A DNA stretch of 64,000 bases from Geopsychrobacteraceae bacterium (GCA_963662315.1 OY759353.1:864001-928000); one strand, 5' to 3'; numbered from the stretch's first letter, positions 8,499 to 17,025 are shown. The notes: generated by a model not told the origin, from the sequence alone. A program made the numbers and translations.

Positions 8499-9757
8499 AA
8501 GTATTTGGACTGGCCGACTGCAATAATTTTTATGCAAGCTGCCAAAGATTGTTCCGACCCGACTTAATAGATAAACCCATAATCTGCGCCAGCAATAACG
8601 ATGGGTGTGCAATTGCCCGTTCCGCTGAAGCAAAAGCACTCGGTGTGAAAATGGGAGCCCCCCTTTATCAGATACAAGATCTGATAAAGAAACATGATAT
8701 CTATGTTTTCAGCCCAAATTTTGAGCTTTATGCCGACATCTCAGCAAGAGTTATGCAGTGCCTGGAAAGTTGCGTTCCAGCTACTGAGATTTATAGTATT
8801 GATGAAAGTTTTCTCGACCTTACAGGTATTTCAGATTTACTCGATTTCAGCCATACATTGAAACAGAAGGTCCAGAAGCATGTTGGAATCCCTATAAGTA
8901 TTGGCATATCATCCACAAAAACCCTTGCCAAACTCGCTAATTACGCAGCTAAGAAATACCCTATAACAGGTGGAGTCGTTGACTTGACAGACCCACAAAG
9001 GCAACGCCGCTTACTAGCGATTTGCCCGGTTTCAGAAGTTTGGGGGGTCGGCCGCAAACTGAGTAAAAAATTGCAACACATGGGAATAATGACGGCTCTT
9101 GATCTAGCAAATATGCCAACGAGGGAAGCTAAAAAAAGGTTTTCAATTGTTCTTGAAAGAACTGTCATTGAACTGAATGGAGAATCGTGTATAGAACTTG
9201 AACCGACACCCGCAACAAGGCAACAGGTTCTCTACTCACGATCTTTTGGTGAGAAAATTACGGATCTTAATACTCTTGTCCAGGCTGTCAGTGAGTTTGC
9301 ATCTCGAGCGGCAGAAAGACTAAGGAGTGAAGGACTTACAGCTGCACATATAGCAACATTTATCCGGACAAACGCTTTTGACAAAAGAGTAGAACCCTAC
9401 TCTGCTTCTGCATATACATACTTATCGCAAGCAACTTCTGATTCCCGACAGATCACCGGAGCGGCCCTTAACCTTTTACGACAGATTTACAAGGATGGTC
9501 TGCGCTATGCAAAAGCAGGAGTCATACTTTCCGAACTATCGCCTATCGGCCAGCTACAACCCACTCTTTTTTCCGATTTTGAAGATGCGGCCAAATCTGA
9601 AAACCTGATGAAGACGATAGATCAAATCAACAACAAAAATGGTACCAACACAATTTATTTCGGTAACCAAAAAAAAGAACGCGATTGGTTTATGCGTCAA
9701 GAGCACCGTTCCCCCTCCTATACAACAAATTGGGATGACATACCAACTGTTCGCTAA
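8495..9757 (+). CDS. umuC: Y-family DNA polymerase V catalytic subunit UmuC/RumB-like
   Basis: DCNNFYASC, SNNDGC, YSIDE, C-terminal SPSYTTNW; ATGA overlap with umuD. Confidence 0.95.
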   Translation: MKVFGLADCNNFYASCQRLFRPDLIDKPIICASNNDGCAIARSAEAKALGVKMGAPLYQIQDLIKKHDIYVFSPNFELYADISARVMQCLESCVPATEIYSIDESFLDLTGISDLLDFSHTLKQKVQKHVGIPISIGISSTKTLAKLANYAAKKYPITGGVVDLTDPQRQRRLLAICPVSEVWGVGRKLSKKLQHMGIMTALDLANMPTREAKKRFSIVLERTVIELNGESCIELEPTPATRQQVLYSRSFGEKITDLNTLVQAVSEFASRAAERLRSEGLTAAHIATFIRTNAFDKRVEPYSASAYTYLSQATSDSRQITGAALNLLRQIYKDGLRYAKAGVILSELSPIGQLQPTLFSDFEDAAKSENLMKTIDQINNKNGTNTIYFGNQKKERDWFMRQEHRSPSYTTNWDDIPTVR

Positions 9758-9945
9758 GTAAAAATAGCTACTATAGCCACAATCTGGAGGACACGGAGCC
9801 TTACCCCAATTCGTTCTCCAAACAAAAAGACATCCGCAAACCATGTTTATTCAGCACCTTAACGCACATCAGATTCCTTCAGGCTGCCGGCCGCCGAGAG
9901 AAATTTAATTCTCTACTTTTTCCCGAAACAGAGAACGGACATGGG

Positions 9946-10480
9946 TTCGATCTGGCCCACTGGCTGGTCGACAACACCGGCTTCTTCTATGCCGTCAGCC
10001 ACTTGGCTGATTATCAGAAATCCCTCGGCCACCGAGTGCGCAAAAGCTCGGTGGCCGACTGGCTCGTCGCGATCGAGGATGCCGGGCTGATGTTCAGCGT
10101 GAACAGCTTTTCCAACTCGCCGACCCGCATCAGCATCAATCCCCGCAAGGTTTACTGCATCGACCACGCCATGGCGGCCTCAGTGAGCGCCGGGAGACGC
10201 CGGAGATCTTCTATCACAAAACCAAAACGGGCCGGGAGGTGGACCTTGTCGCGCAGCACCTAGTAATGAACGAGCCGTAATGCTGATTCAGGCCCGCGCC
10301 TCGCTGGCCGATCCCCGCGTCAAGCAGAGCGAAATGCGGTCCCTCTCTGAAGCCATGGTCGAGCTGGCGGTGGCGGAGGGGACCATCGTCACATGGGGCA
10401 CCGATGAAACCATCCCCGTGGGCTTTGGCACTATCCAGGTCGTGCCGGTCTGGCGGTTTCTGCTGGAGATGGAGCCGTAA
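9946..10480 (+). pseudogene. C-terminal remnant of an AAA+ ATPase with DUF4143 domain
   Basis: FDLAHWLVDN...NPRKVYCIDH, then in a shifted frame EIFYHKTKTGREVD, then MLIQ...VPVWRFLL; N-terminal ATPase domain absent; at least two frame breaks. Confidence 0.75.
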
Positions 10481-10482
10481 AC

Positions 10483-10515
10483 TACTTGATCGGTTACTTG
10501 GTCGGTACTTGATCG
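10483..10515 (-). repeat. 2-3 imperfect copies of ACCGA(C/T)CAAGTA (reads TDQV)
   Basis: + strand TACTTGATCGGT TACTTGGTCGG TACTTGATCG. Confidence 0.75.
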
Positions 10516-10528
10516 CTGAGCCAGGGCA

Positions 10529-10562
10529 TGTCGCAAGCCGTGTCGCGAGTTTGTCGCAAGCT
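10529..10562 (+). repeat. Three TGTCGC(A/G)AG units at 11-12 bp spacing
   Basis: TGTC starts at 10529, 10541, 10552. Confidence 0.7.
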
Positions 10563-10634
10563 CACCCCCCAAGTCACCCCCCAAGTCACCCCCCAAGTCA
10601 CCCCCCAAGTCACCCCCCAAGTCACCCCCCAAGT
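10563..10634 (+). repeat. Perfect tandem repeat, 6 x CACCCCCCAAGT (reads TPQV)
   Basis: Six identical 12-bp units counted directly. Confidence 0.97.
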
Positions 10635-10642
10635 GGACCGTC

Positions 10643-11722
10643 TTATTCTTCCTCCGGTTTTTCATCTCCGACCGATTCGATCTGCTTCACCATCCGGTCG
10701 AAATCGCTTTCAAACAGCCGGTCCTGCACGATGCGGTATTTTTCGTATTCGCTCTCGGCATGGGTCTTGGCCAGCTCGGCCGATACCTTTCCCGCGTCCT
10801 GAAGAATCTCCCGGTCCCAGAGTTTCAGGAATCCCGCCAACCGTTTTTCCCAGTCTTCCATGGTCATGGGGATTTTGCGCATGGCCTGAAGCTCGGCCAT
10901 ATCGAGGTAGGAGGAGACGATGCGCTGCATCTGCGCCAGTTCGAACTCGGAGAGATAGTTCTTGGCGATGGCGACATCGTATCGATGGATTTTCCCGTGG
11001 GGCGCACCTTCCCAATGGGTCAGCCCCATGTTGTCCTTACGGTGATCGGCGCGGTCCACAATGACCTCCGCCGCCGTCTGGCCGTGAATGGCATAGTGCA
11101 TCTTGTTCTGCACGGCGGCGAAAAACCGCTTGGTGGCCGTGGCGGTTGGGTCGTAATCGAGCGCGGTGGCATAGATGTCGGTGATCTTCTGGTAGAACTT
11201 GCGCTCGGATAGCCGGATCTCCCGGATTTTTTCCAGTTGGCGCTCAAAGAACTCATCGGTCAGGTTACCGCCGCGTTTGAGGCGCTCCACATCCATGGTC
11301 CAGCCCTGGATGGTGTAGTCCTTAACGATCTGGTTGGCCCATTTGCGAAACTGCACCGCCCGCTCATTCTCGATCTTGAAACCGACGGCGATGATGGCCT
11401 GGAGGTTGTAGTGCTTGACCCGGTAGTTCTTGCCGTCGGCGGCAGTTGTTAAGTACTGCTTAATAACTGCTCCTTCTTCGAGTTCATTGTCGGCGAAAAT
11501 GCGCTTCAGGTGCTGGTTGATGGCGGGCACCGAGACATCGTAGAGGGTCGCCATCATCTTCTGGGTCAGCCAGATATTTTCATCCTCGTAGCGCATTTCC
11601 ACGCTGGCTTCCGATCCTCCCCCAGCGGCGACAAAGGTCAGATATTCGGCGGCAGAAGAGCGAACAATGGCCATTTCTTTTTTATGAGGCTTCCGCATTT
11701 CCTTTGCCTTATCTTTTTTCAT
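10643..11722 (-). CDS. RhuM family protein (copy 1)
   Basis: IWLTQKMMA, YNLQAIIAVG, QFRKWA, IREIRLSERKFYQKITDIYA, IAKNYL. Confidence 0.9.
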   Translation of the reverse strand: MKKDKAKEMRKPHKKEMAIVRSSAAEYLTFVAAGGGSEASVEMRYEDENIWLTQKMMATLYDVSVPAINQHLKRIFADNELEEGAVIKQYLTTAADGKNYRVKHYNLQAIIAVGFKIENERAVQFRKWANQIVKDYTIQGWTMDVERLKRGGNLTDEFFERQLEKIREIRLSERKFYQKITDIYATALDYDPTATATKRFFAAVQNKMHYAIHGQTAAEVIVDRADHRKDNMGLTHWEGAPHGKIHRYDVAIAKNYLSEFELAQMQRIVSSYLDMAELQAMRKIPMTMEDWEKRLAGFLKLWDREILQDAGKVSAELAKTHAESEYEKYRIVQDRLFESDFDRMVKQIESVGDEKPEEE

Positions 11723-12308
11723 TCAATCCCTCCCCAGCTCTGATATCTGTCCCGAGACCAGCGGAGGTATTTCATCAACTCCCAGTCGACCAATTCGGGA
11801 TCAAATCGCTCACTGTCAAAGTTGCCACCGGACCATTCTGTATAGCTTTCATGTTCCTCGTGGTTCGGGTCTTTCAGTGCATTTAAGAATTCAAAGTAAC
11901 CGGGCACGCCGCCCACATCTTCTGGCGGGCAGGCTCGCTGACCATCCAGGCAAGCCAGTTCAGTTCTCAGTTCAGGATTGAAATATCGGCTTTCCTCAAG
12001 AACAAGTTCATGTTCCCAGCCGTCGCCAAAATCATACAGATAATGGAAGGTGCGGCCTTTCTGTTTGACCAGATCCGCGAGACGATTCCTGCACATGCCA
12101 GCCCGTCCTCCTTTGATTCCGGATATTCTGTGTATCGTTTATTCCCGATGGAGAACTCGTGAAGATGGCTGTCGGTCCAACCCATGACAATCTGGATGAC
12201 GTCGTGCAGCCGGTCCAGCGTGATGCTGGCGGGCACGACAAAGCGCCGCCAGATTGATGACTCGATGTCAAGCAGCTGTATTTTCATCAGATAAAATCGT
12301 TCGTTCAT
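11719..12308 (-). pseudogene. pRiA4b ORF-3 family (IS1096 passenger TnpR-like) protein, split by a frameshift near 12092
   Basis: IWRRFVVP...LHDVIQIVMGWTDSHLHEF in one frame; YLYDFGDGWEH...ACPPEDVGG in another; one added base would join them. Confidence 0.85.
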
Positions 12309-12706
12309 TACTTGCACTCTCCTAAATATTTTTCAAACCTGCGACACATACGCTCGAAGGCTTTCAGTTCGGCCTGGGTCATCTGGTCATAATGGTCGGA
12401 CGGGATACCGTCATCAGCGACCGATTCGCGCAGCTTCTCCAGCGGATCGTCCTGATACTCCTCGTACAGTGAAACCTCTCGGATGATAGTGCCGCCAAGC
12501 GACCAGAGGTGGTCGCGATACTGGGCGAAGGTCTTTCGGGATAATCCCTCGTCATAAAGCGCCTGCAGAAAACCGGCAAACCAGGGCAACAGCTTCTTGC
12601 CGTAGGTGAGATCTTCCGCAACGCCCATCCAGCTCTTCGGCCACCTGTCGAAATCCGGTGCCCAAGCGCGAAAACTCACCGCTTCACTGTTCCTGTCGGC
12701 ACTCAT
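12308..12706 (-). CDS. Hypothetical protein (132 aa, MSADRNSE...)
   Basis: ATGA overlap with the upstream stop and TAATG overlap with the downstream start; helical, acidic. Confidence 0.75.
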   Translation of the reverse strand: MSADRNSEAVSFRAWAPDFDRWPKSWMGVAEDLTYGKKLLPWFAGFLQALYDEGLSRKTFAQYRDHLWSLGGTIIREVSLYEEYQDDPLEKLRESVADDGIPSDHYDQMTQAELKAFERMCRRFEKYLGECK

Positions 12707-13854
12707 TTGACTCGCCATAATCCCGCTTTGACCAGACGTTGCACCAGGGCTCGGCGGCGCGAGTGTTCGGCCATATACTTCTGAAATTCCTTTTGGAACA
12801 CTGCCAAGGTGGCATGCTGGCTGTAGGCATCGCGCAGAGCGACCAGTTGGCGGCACGCTGCGTCATAAGCATGGGCATGGCCCTTGTTGGCGTCTTCATG
12901 GGCAGATTTCCAGGCCCGGGGAAAATCGGCCGCCAGCTTGGCGAGCCAGCCATCCCGCTGCCTCTTGCGCTCTGCCTCGGCCTGGCGACGGGCCTTGGCC
13001 TCTTCGATCAGCCGCAGGGCTTTGGCCTGCTCGGCCAGCTGCCACAAATCGGCGACGGAGCGCCGCACTCCTTGGGTCGGCGCAGACTGCTCCTGCCAGG
13101 CGGCATGCCGTCGTTTCAAAGCCCGTTCGGCGCTTGCCCCCTGCCCATCCAGCATCTGCCGAAGGTAACCCCTGACTTCGGTCCTCGGAAGATTGTCGAG
13201 CCAGGCATCGAGTGCCGCGTCATCCGCTGCGTCTGCTTGATTTGTTTGACTCCCGCTGCCCACCCCGGTCAACAGGTCGATGTCGACTTCAAGAAATTCC
13301 GCCAGCGCCTGTTGCGCAGCTGTCAGATTATTCAACCCGTGTAACGCTAAGGGCTCCAGTTCATCCGGATCGGTTTCCTCGGTCGTTACGGCACGCAACC
13401 AGCCGATATATAGACTGCGCAGATCACCGCGCAGCAGTTCCTCCCGCAAAGGTGCAAGACGGGTCATCAGGCCGGGTCCTTCATCGACATAACCGAAGCG
13501 GTCGTAGTCCTCCGTTTCACCGAGGGACCAGGTCAACAGCCAGTGCTCCGGCAACTTCTCAAATTCCAGATGGGGGCTGGAACAAAAGGCCTTGAGCGTC
13601 TTCTGGTCGATGACCTCTTTGGGCAAGCGCACCATGAAGACGGCATCTCCCCAGTTGGCGATAAACACATGGACATCGAAAAATCGCCGCATGAAATCGC
13701 GAGGATCGGCCTTCAGTCCGCCCCAGCTGTATTCATTGATGAAGCTGACCGGAGTGATTTGCGCCCGGGTGGAAATCCCCCGTAGGTGGTCTATCTCCCG
13801 AGCCGTCAATGGACGGTCGATGGCAAGAAATTCTAGGTACTGATATTCGCTCAC
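12703..13854 (-). CDS. Conserved hypothetical protein (383 aa, MSEYQYLEFLAIDRPL...)
   Basis: Long ORF, GTG start with GAGGT RBS, helical C-terminus; no catalytic motif recognised. Confidence 0.85.
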   Translation of the reverse strand: MSEYQYLEFLAIDRPLTAREIDHLRGISTRAQITPVSFINEYSWGGLKADPRDFMRRFFDVHVFIANWGDAVFMVRLPKEVIDQKTLKAFCSSPHLEFEKLPEHWLLTWSLGETEDYDRFGYVDEGPGLMTRLAPLREELLRGDLRSLYIGWLRAVTTEETDPDELEPLALHGLNNLTAAQQALAEFLEVDIDLLTGVGSGSQTNQADAADDAALDAWLDNLPRTEVRGYLRQMLDGQGASAERALKRRHAAWQEQSAPTQGVRRSVADLWQLAEQAKALRLIEEAKARRQAEAERKRQRDGWLAKLAADFPRAWKSAHEDANKGHAHAYDAACRQLVALRDAYSQHATLAVFQKEFQKYMAEHSRRRALVQRLVKAGLWRVK

Positions 13855-13863
13855 CGGTACACC

Positions 13864-14196
13864 TCACACAGATTTTGTGGCCCGAAAGGCCGAGTCGTCA
13901 GCCAGATGCAGATAGACGCGGCCGTTCAGCTCGCCATTTTCATTAACTGCCCAACCGCGACCGCTGACCAGATCGTTTTCCACCTGCCCGGACCAGGAGA
14001 AATCGAAACGTAGAGCATTACCGCATTGCTCCACCCGGCCATCGATGTCCCCGGAGACCAGGCCGAACTGAAACCGTCCGGTGCCATCTGAGCCAATGCT
14101 GATAAATCCCGGCACCTCCATGTCGACATAATCCTGATCCCAGACTTCCATCTCGACGATGCGCCATTTTCCGATAAACGGTTTCATCTGCTTCAT
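13864..14196 (-). CDS. Hypothetical beta-rich protein (FIGKWRIVEMEVWD...SGRGWA)
   Basis: ATG at 14196; 9-bp gap to the next gene; G/W/F-rich beta-barrel-like pattern. Confidence 0.75.
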   Translation of the reverse strand: MKQMKPFIGKWRIVEMEVWDQDYVDMEVPGFISIGSDGTGRFQFGLVSGDIDGRVEQCGNALRFDFSWSGQVENDLVSGRGWAVNENGELNGRVYLHLADDSAFRATKSV

Positions 14197-14234
14197 AGGA
14201 TGCCTTTCTGTTCCCTCACTCTGGCCCACCAATG

Positions 14235-14293
14235 TGTCACAGCCATTGTCATAGCGTTGTCACAGCTCGATGTCTCAAGTTTTGTCGCGAGTT
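14235..14293 (+). repeat. Five TGTC-initiated units at ~12-bp period
   Basis: TGTC at 14235, 14247, 14258, 14271, 14283; last unit TGTCGCGAGTT is identical to 10541-10551. Confidence 0.65.
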
Positions 14294-15293
14294 ATCCAAC
14301 GCCGTGCCGGGCCATCACTTGACGGCCCTTGTCGGTCAGTCGGTATCTCTGTTTGCTGCTACGCGGCTTGTCGGGGATAGTCATTTCAATCAGTTCGACA
14401 TCCAGAGCCGGGAGCAGATAGGCCTTGCGAAAATGTTCATCGTCTTTAAGCCCGAGCGCCTCTTTGAGCTGTTGCCGAGTCATCTCTCCGGCAACAACTG
14501 AGACCAGTCAGACTTCCGGGGTGACTTCCGGGGTCGAACTGGTCACAGTATCCAAAATCATCCGCAGTATGAAGGCGATAAACGGAGCGGAATCGCTCTT
14601 TTGGGTGCTTTCCTGAATAGATTGGTAGTACTCGGCCTGGTTCTCGAAGATCAGGCTTTCCACCGAGATGTCTGCAAACAGGGGATTCCAGCGGGCCAGG
14701 ATCAGGCTCTGCCACATCCGCCCCAAGCGACCGTTGCCGTCGGCGAAGGGGTGGATGAATTCAAACTCGTAGTGAAAGACCGAACTGGCGATGAGCGGAT
14801 GGGCATCGGTTGCGGTCAGCCAGGTGAACAGGTCGGCCATCAGATGCGGCACCCGGTCGGCGGGCGGGGCCATGTGGATCACCTGGCTTCCTGCCACTAC
14901 TTCCACGCCGCCATGCCGATAAAGCCCTGCCTCGTCGATCAGGCCGGACATTAGAAGCCGGTGCGCCTCCAGCAAGTCCTTTTCCACACCGGGCTTCCAG
15001 GTGTCAAAACGGTCGTAAGCGGTCAGGGCGTTTTTCACCTCCTGCACCTCGCGGGGCGGGGCGATGACCCGCTTGCCCTCCAGAATCGCGGTGATCTGCG
15101 CCTCGCTCAGGGTGTTGCCTTCGATGGCCAACGAGCCGTGGATGGTGCGGATGCGGTTGATGCGCCGCAGCCGCAAGGCTCTCGCCTGGTCGATGAGTAC
15201 GGCCAGCCGCCCGATGGCCTCGCTGATCGCAGCGACCCGGTTCAGGATCTCGGGGGTAATAGTGTAGGGCGGCTGGTAGGTGGATTTCGTCAT
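14292..15293 (-). pseudogene. Fic family protein whose C-terminal wHTH is cut off by an in-frame TGA at 14510-14508
   Basis: HPFADGNGRLGR Fic motif and SLAIEGN; after TPEVTPEV* the same frame continues LVSVVAGEMTRQQLKEALGL...PDKPRSSKQRYRLT. Confidence 0.85.
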
Positions 15294-15300
15294 GCCGCCC

Positions 15301-15678
15301 TCACAGGTACTTTTTCATCACCGCCTCTTTGCGGGCGGGTGCGGCGTCGATGACGACCTGGGCCTCGGCGATCTGTTTTTCCAGGGCCTCGACCTTGACG
15401 ACGAATTTCTTCTGTTCGGCCAGGGAAGGCACCGGCACCTTGATGTTTTTCATGAAAGTTGCGTTGATGTTGGACTGGTTGATCGACTTTGAAGCCTTGC
15501 CTTTGGCTTCAGCTTGATAAACCGGAGAATTCATCATCTTGACCAGAAACAGCGGCAGTATCTTGCTGGTGTCGGGCACCACGCGCACCAGATAGGAGGC
15601 AAAACAGTAGTCGCCGTCCTTGTTCTTGGCAAAACCAAGGGACTCCAGCAGCGCGACGAAATTGTCCTGAGTGATCAT
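15301..15678 (-). pseudogene. Internally deleted type IIG/type I restriction-modification gene (N-terminal tip fused to an HsdS-like C-terminal segment)
   Basis: C-terminal ASYLVR...NQSNIN...VPVPSLAEQKKFV is HsdS/TRD-like; no methyltransferase or nuclease motifs. Confidence 0.7.
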
Positions 15679-16697
15679 TCCTTGGCTCCCCCCTTTTTGT
15701 GTTCAAGCTGTTTTCCGATCCGCGCAAGCTCCTCGATCTCCTCGGCATCGGCCTGTCTGGCCTCGGTCAGACGGCGATTTTCGTCGAAGGCGTTAAAGCG
15801 TTCGCGGGCAATGCGTTCCATGGTTTCGCGCGAAATGCTGCCAGCGTGGGTGAGCACGACCTTTTCGCTGAAGTCCAGAAGGCGGTCGACATTCTGCCGC
15901 CAGTAGTCGAGGGTGAGCTGCTTGCGCTCCTTCACCCGCAGTTCCGCTTGTTCCAGGAAGATAACCACCAGCCGGTTGAGGGTGTCCACTTCGTCAGCGC
16001 TGAGGTAGTTCTTGGCCACGATGACATCGTGCTTGCGCACCCGCGAGCCGCTCCAGTTGGTCAGTGCCATATTAGGGGCGCTGGAGTCGGCGCGGGAGAC
16101 GACGATCTCGGCGGCAGTCTGGTGAGTGACAGCAAACAGCAGCTTGTTCTGAGTTTCGGCAAAGAAAAGCTGCGCGGCACGGTCGTCGGAACGGTAGTCG
16201 GAACTGAGGGCAAAGAGGTCGCGCACCTTCTGATAAAAACGCTTCTCCGAGGCGCGGATTTCGCGGATGCGGGCCAGCAGCTCATCGAAGTAGTCCCAGC
16301 CGCCGGGGTTCTTGAGCCGCTCGTCATCCATGACGAAGCCTTTAACCAGGTACTCGGCCAGATGGGAGGTGGCCCACTGGCGGAACTGGGTGCCGCGCGG
16401 TGAGCGTACCCGATAGCCCACCGCCAAAATCATGTGCAGGTTGTAATACTTGGTCTGGTAACGTTTGCCGTCCTCTGCAGTTGTCAAGTATTCCTTGACA
16501 ACTGCAGAGGACGGCAACTCCCCTTCCTTGAGGATGTTCTTGATGTGCAGGCTGATGTTCTGCTTGGTGGTATCGAACAGCTCGGCCATCTCGCCCTGAT
16601 TGAGCCAGACAGTGCCGTCCAAGGTTTGCAACTGGACTTCCACCTGTCCATCCTCGGTACGGTAAACGATCAGTTCTCCTCTATCCGTCGTGCTCAT
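15675..16697 (-). CDS. RhuM family protein (copy 2)
   Basis: VWLNQGEMAELF, YNLHMILAVGYRVRS, QFRQWA, IREIRASEKRFYQKVRDLF, VAKNYL. Confidence 0.9.
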   Translation of the reverse strand: MSTTDRGELIVYRTEDGQVEVQLQTLDGTVWLNQGEMAELFDTTKQNISLHIKNILKEGELPSSAVVKEYLTTAEDGKRYQTKYYNLHMILAVGYRVRSPRGTQFRQWATSHLAEYLVKGFVMDDERLKNPGGWDYFDELLARIREIRASEKRFYQKVRDLFALSSDYRSDDRAAQLFFAETQNKLLFAVTHQTAAEIVVSRADSSAPNMALTNWSGSRVRKHDVIVAKNYLSADEVDTLNRLVVIFLEQAELRVKERKQLTLDYWRQNVDRLLDFSEKVVLTHAGSISRETMERIARERFNAFDENRRLTEARQADAEEIEELARIGKQLEHKKGGAKE

Positions 16698-16767
16698 GCC
16701 ATGCCCCCCCGGAGCCGGTCACGGAGAGAGCATATAAAGTGAATCAGGTGACTGCGACGCTTTCCGT

Positions 16768-16980
16768 TCATTGCTGCTTGTCCTTATTGCCAGATCCTAC
16801 ATTTCCGGTCGCGTGCGCTTTCATCCACAGATCGATCTCCTCCCGGTCGAAACGCCACTGGGTGCCGATCTTCGAAGCAGGTATTTCGCCGCGCTGGGCC
16901 ATACCGTAGAGCTTGGTCCGACTCATCTTAATGTAGCCCGCCAGTTCATCAATGGTCAGCCATTTGTCGATTTTATCCAT
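16768..16980 (-). CDS. Excisionase-like (HTH_17) DNA-binding protein
   Basis: WLTIDELAGYIKMSRTKLY...IPASKIGTQWRF; ATG 16980 with GAGGT RBS. Confidence 0.88.
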   Translation of the reverse strand: MDKIDKWLTIDELAGYIKMSRTKLYGMAQRGEIPASKIGTQWRFDREEIDLWMKAHATGNVGSGNKDKQQ

Positions 16981-17025
16981 AACCTCACCGTTCGGAAGAG
17001 ATTCGTAGTGAAAATTTGATAAAGA

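Noticed and set aside
10563..10634. Possible CRISPR array
   Set aside because: Contiguous 12-bp units with no spacers and no cas genes.
10288..11064. ORFs with LGGD, HPPS and TPQV repeats (10288-10665, 10404-10802, 10528-11064)
   Set aside because: They are alternative readings of the 12-bp tandem repeat and overlap real genes; no RBS or domain support.
12707..12856. Extended N-terminus of the 182-aa ORF
   Set aside because: Overlaps the upstream gene; the ATGA-coupled start at 12706 is more plausible.
14508..14510. Selenocysteine recoding of the TGA in the Fic gene
   Set aside because: The position is a linker, not a Cys-equivalent catalytic site, and no SECIS-like hairpin was recognised.
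10481..16767. Integron cassette array
   Set aside because: Genes are co-directional but overlap or abut; no attC-like RYYYAAC...GTTRRRY hairpins and no integron integrase.
16698..16771. Short ATG-started frame (MNGKRRSH...) overlapping the xis stop
   Set aside because: May be debris of a deleted gene, but too short to assign.
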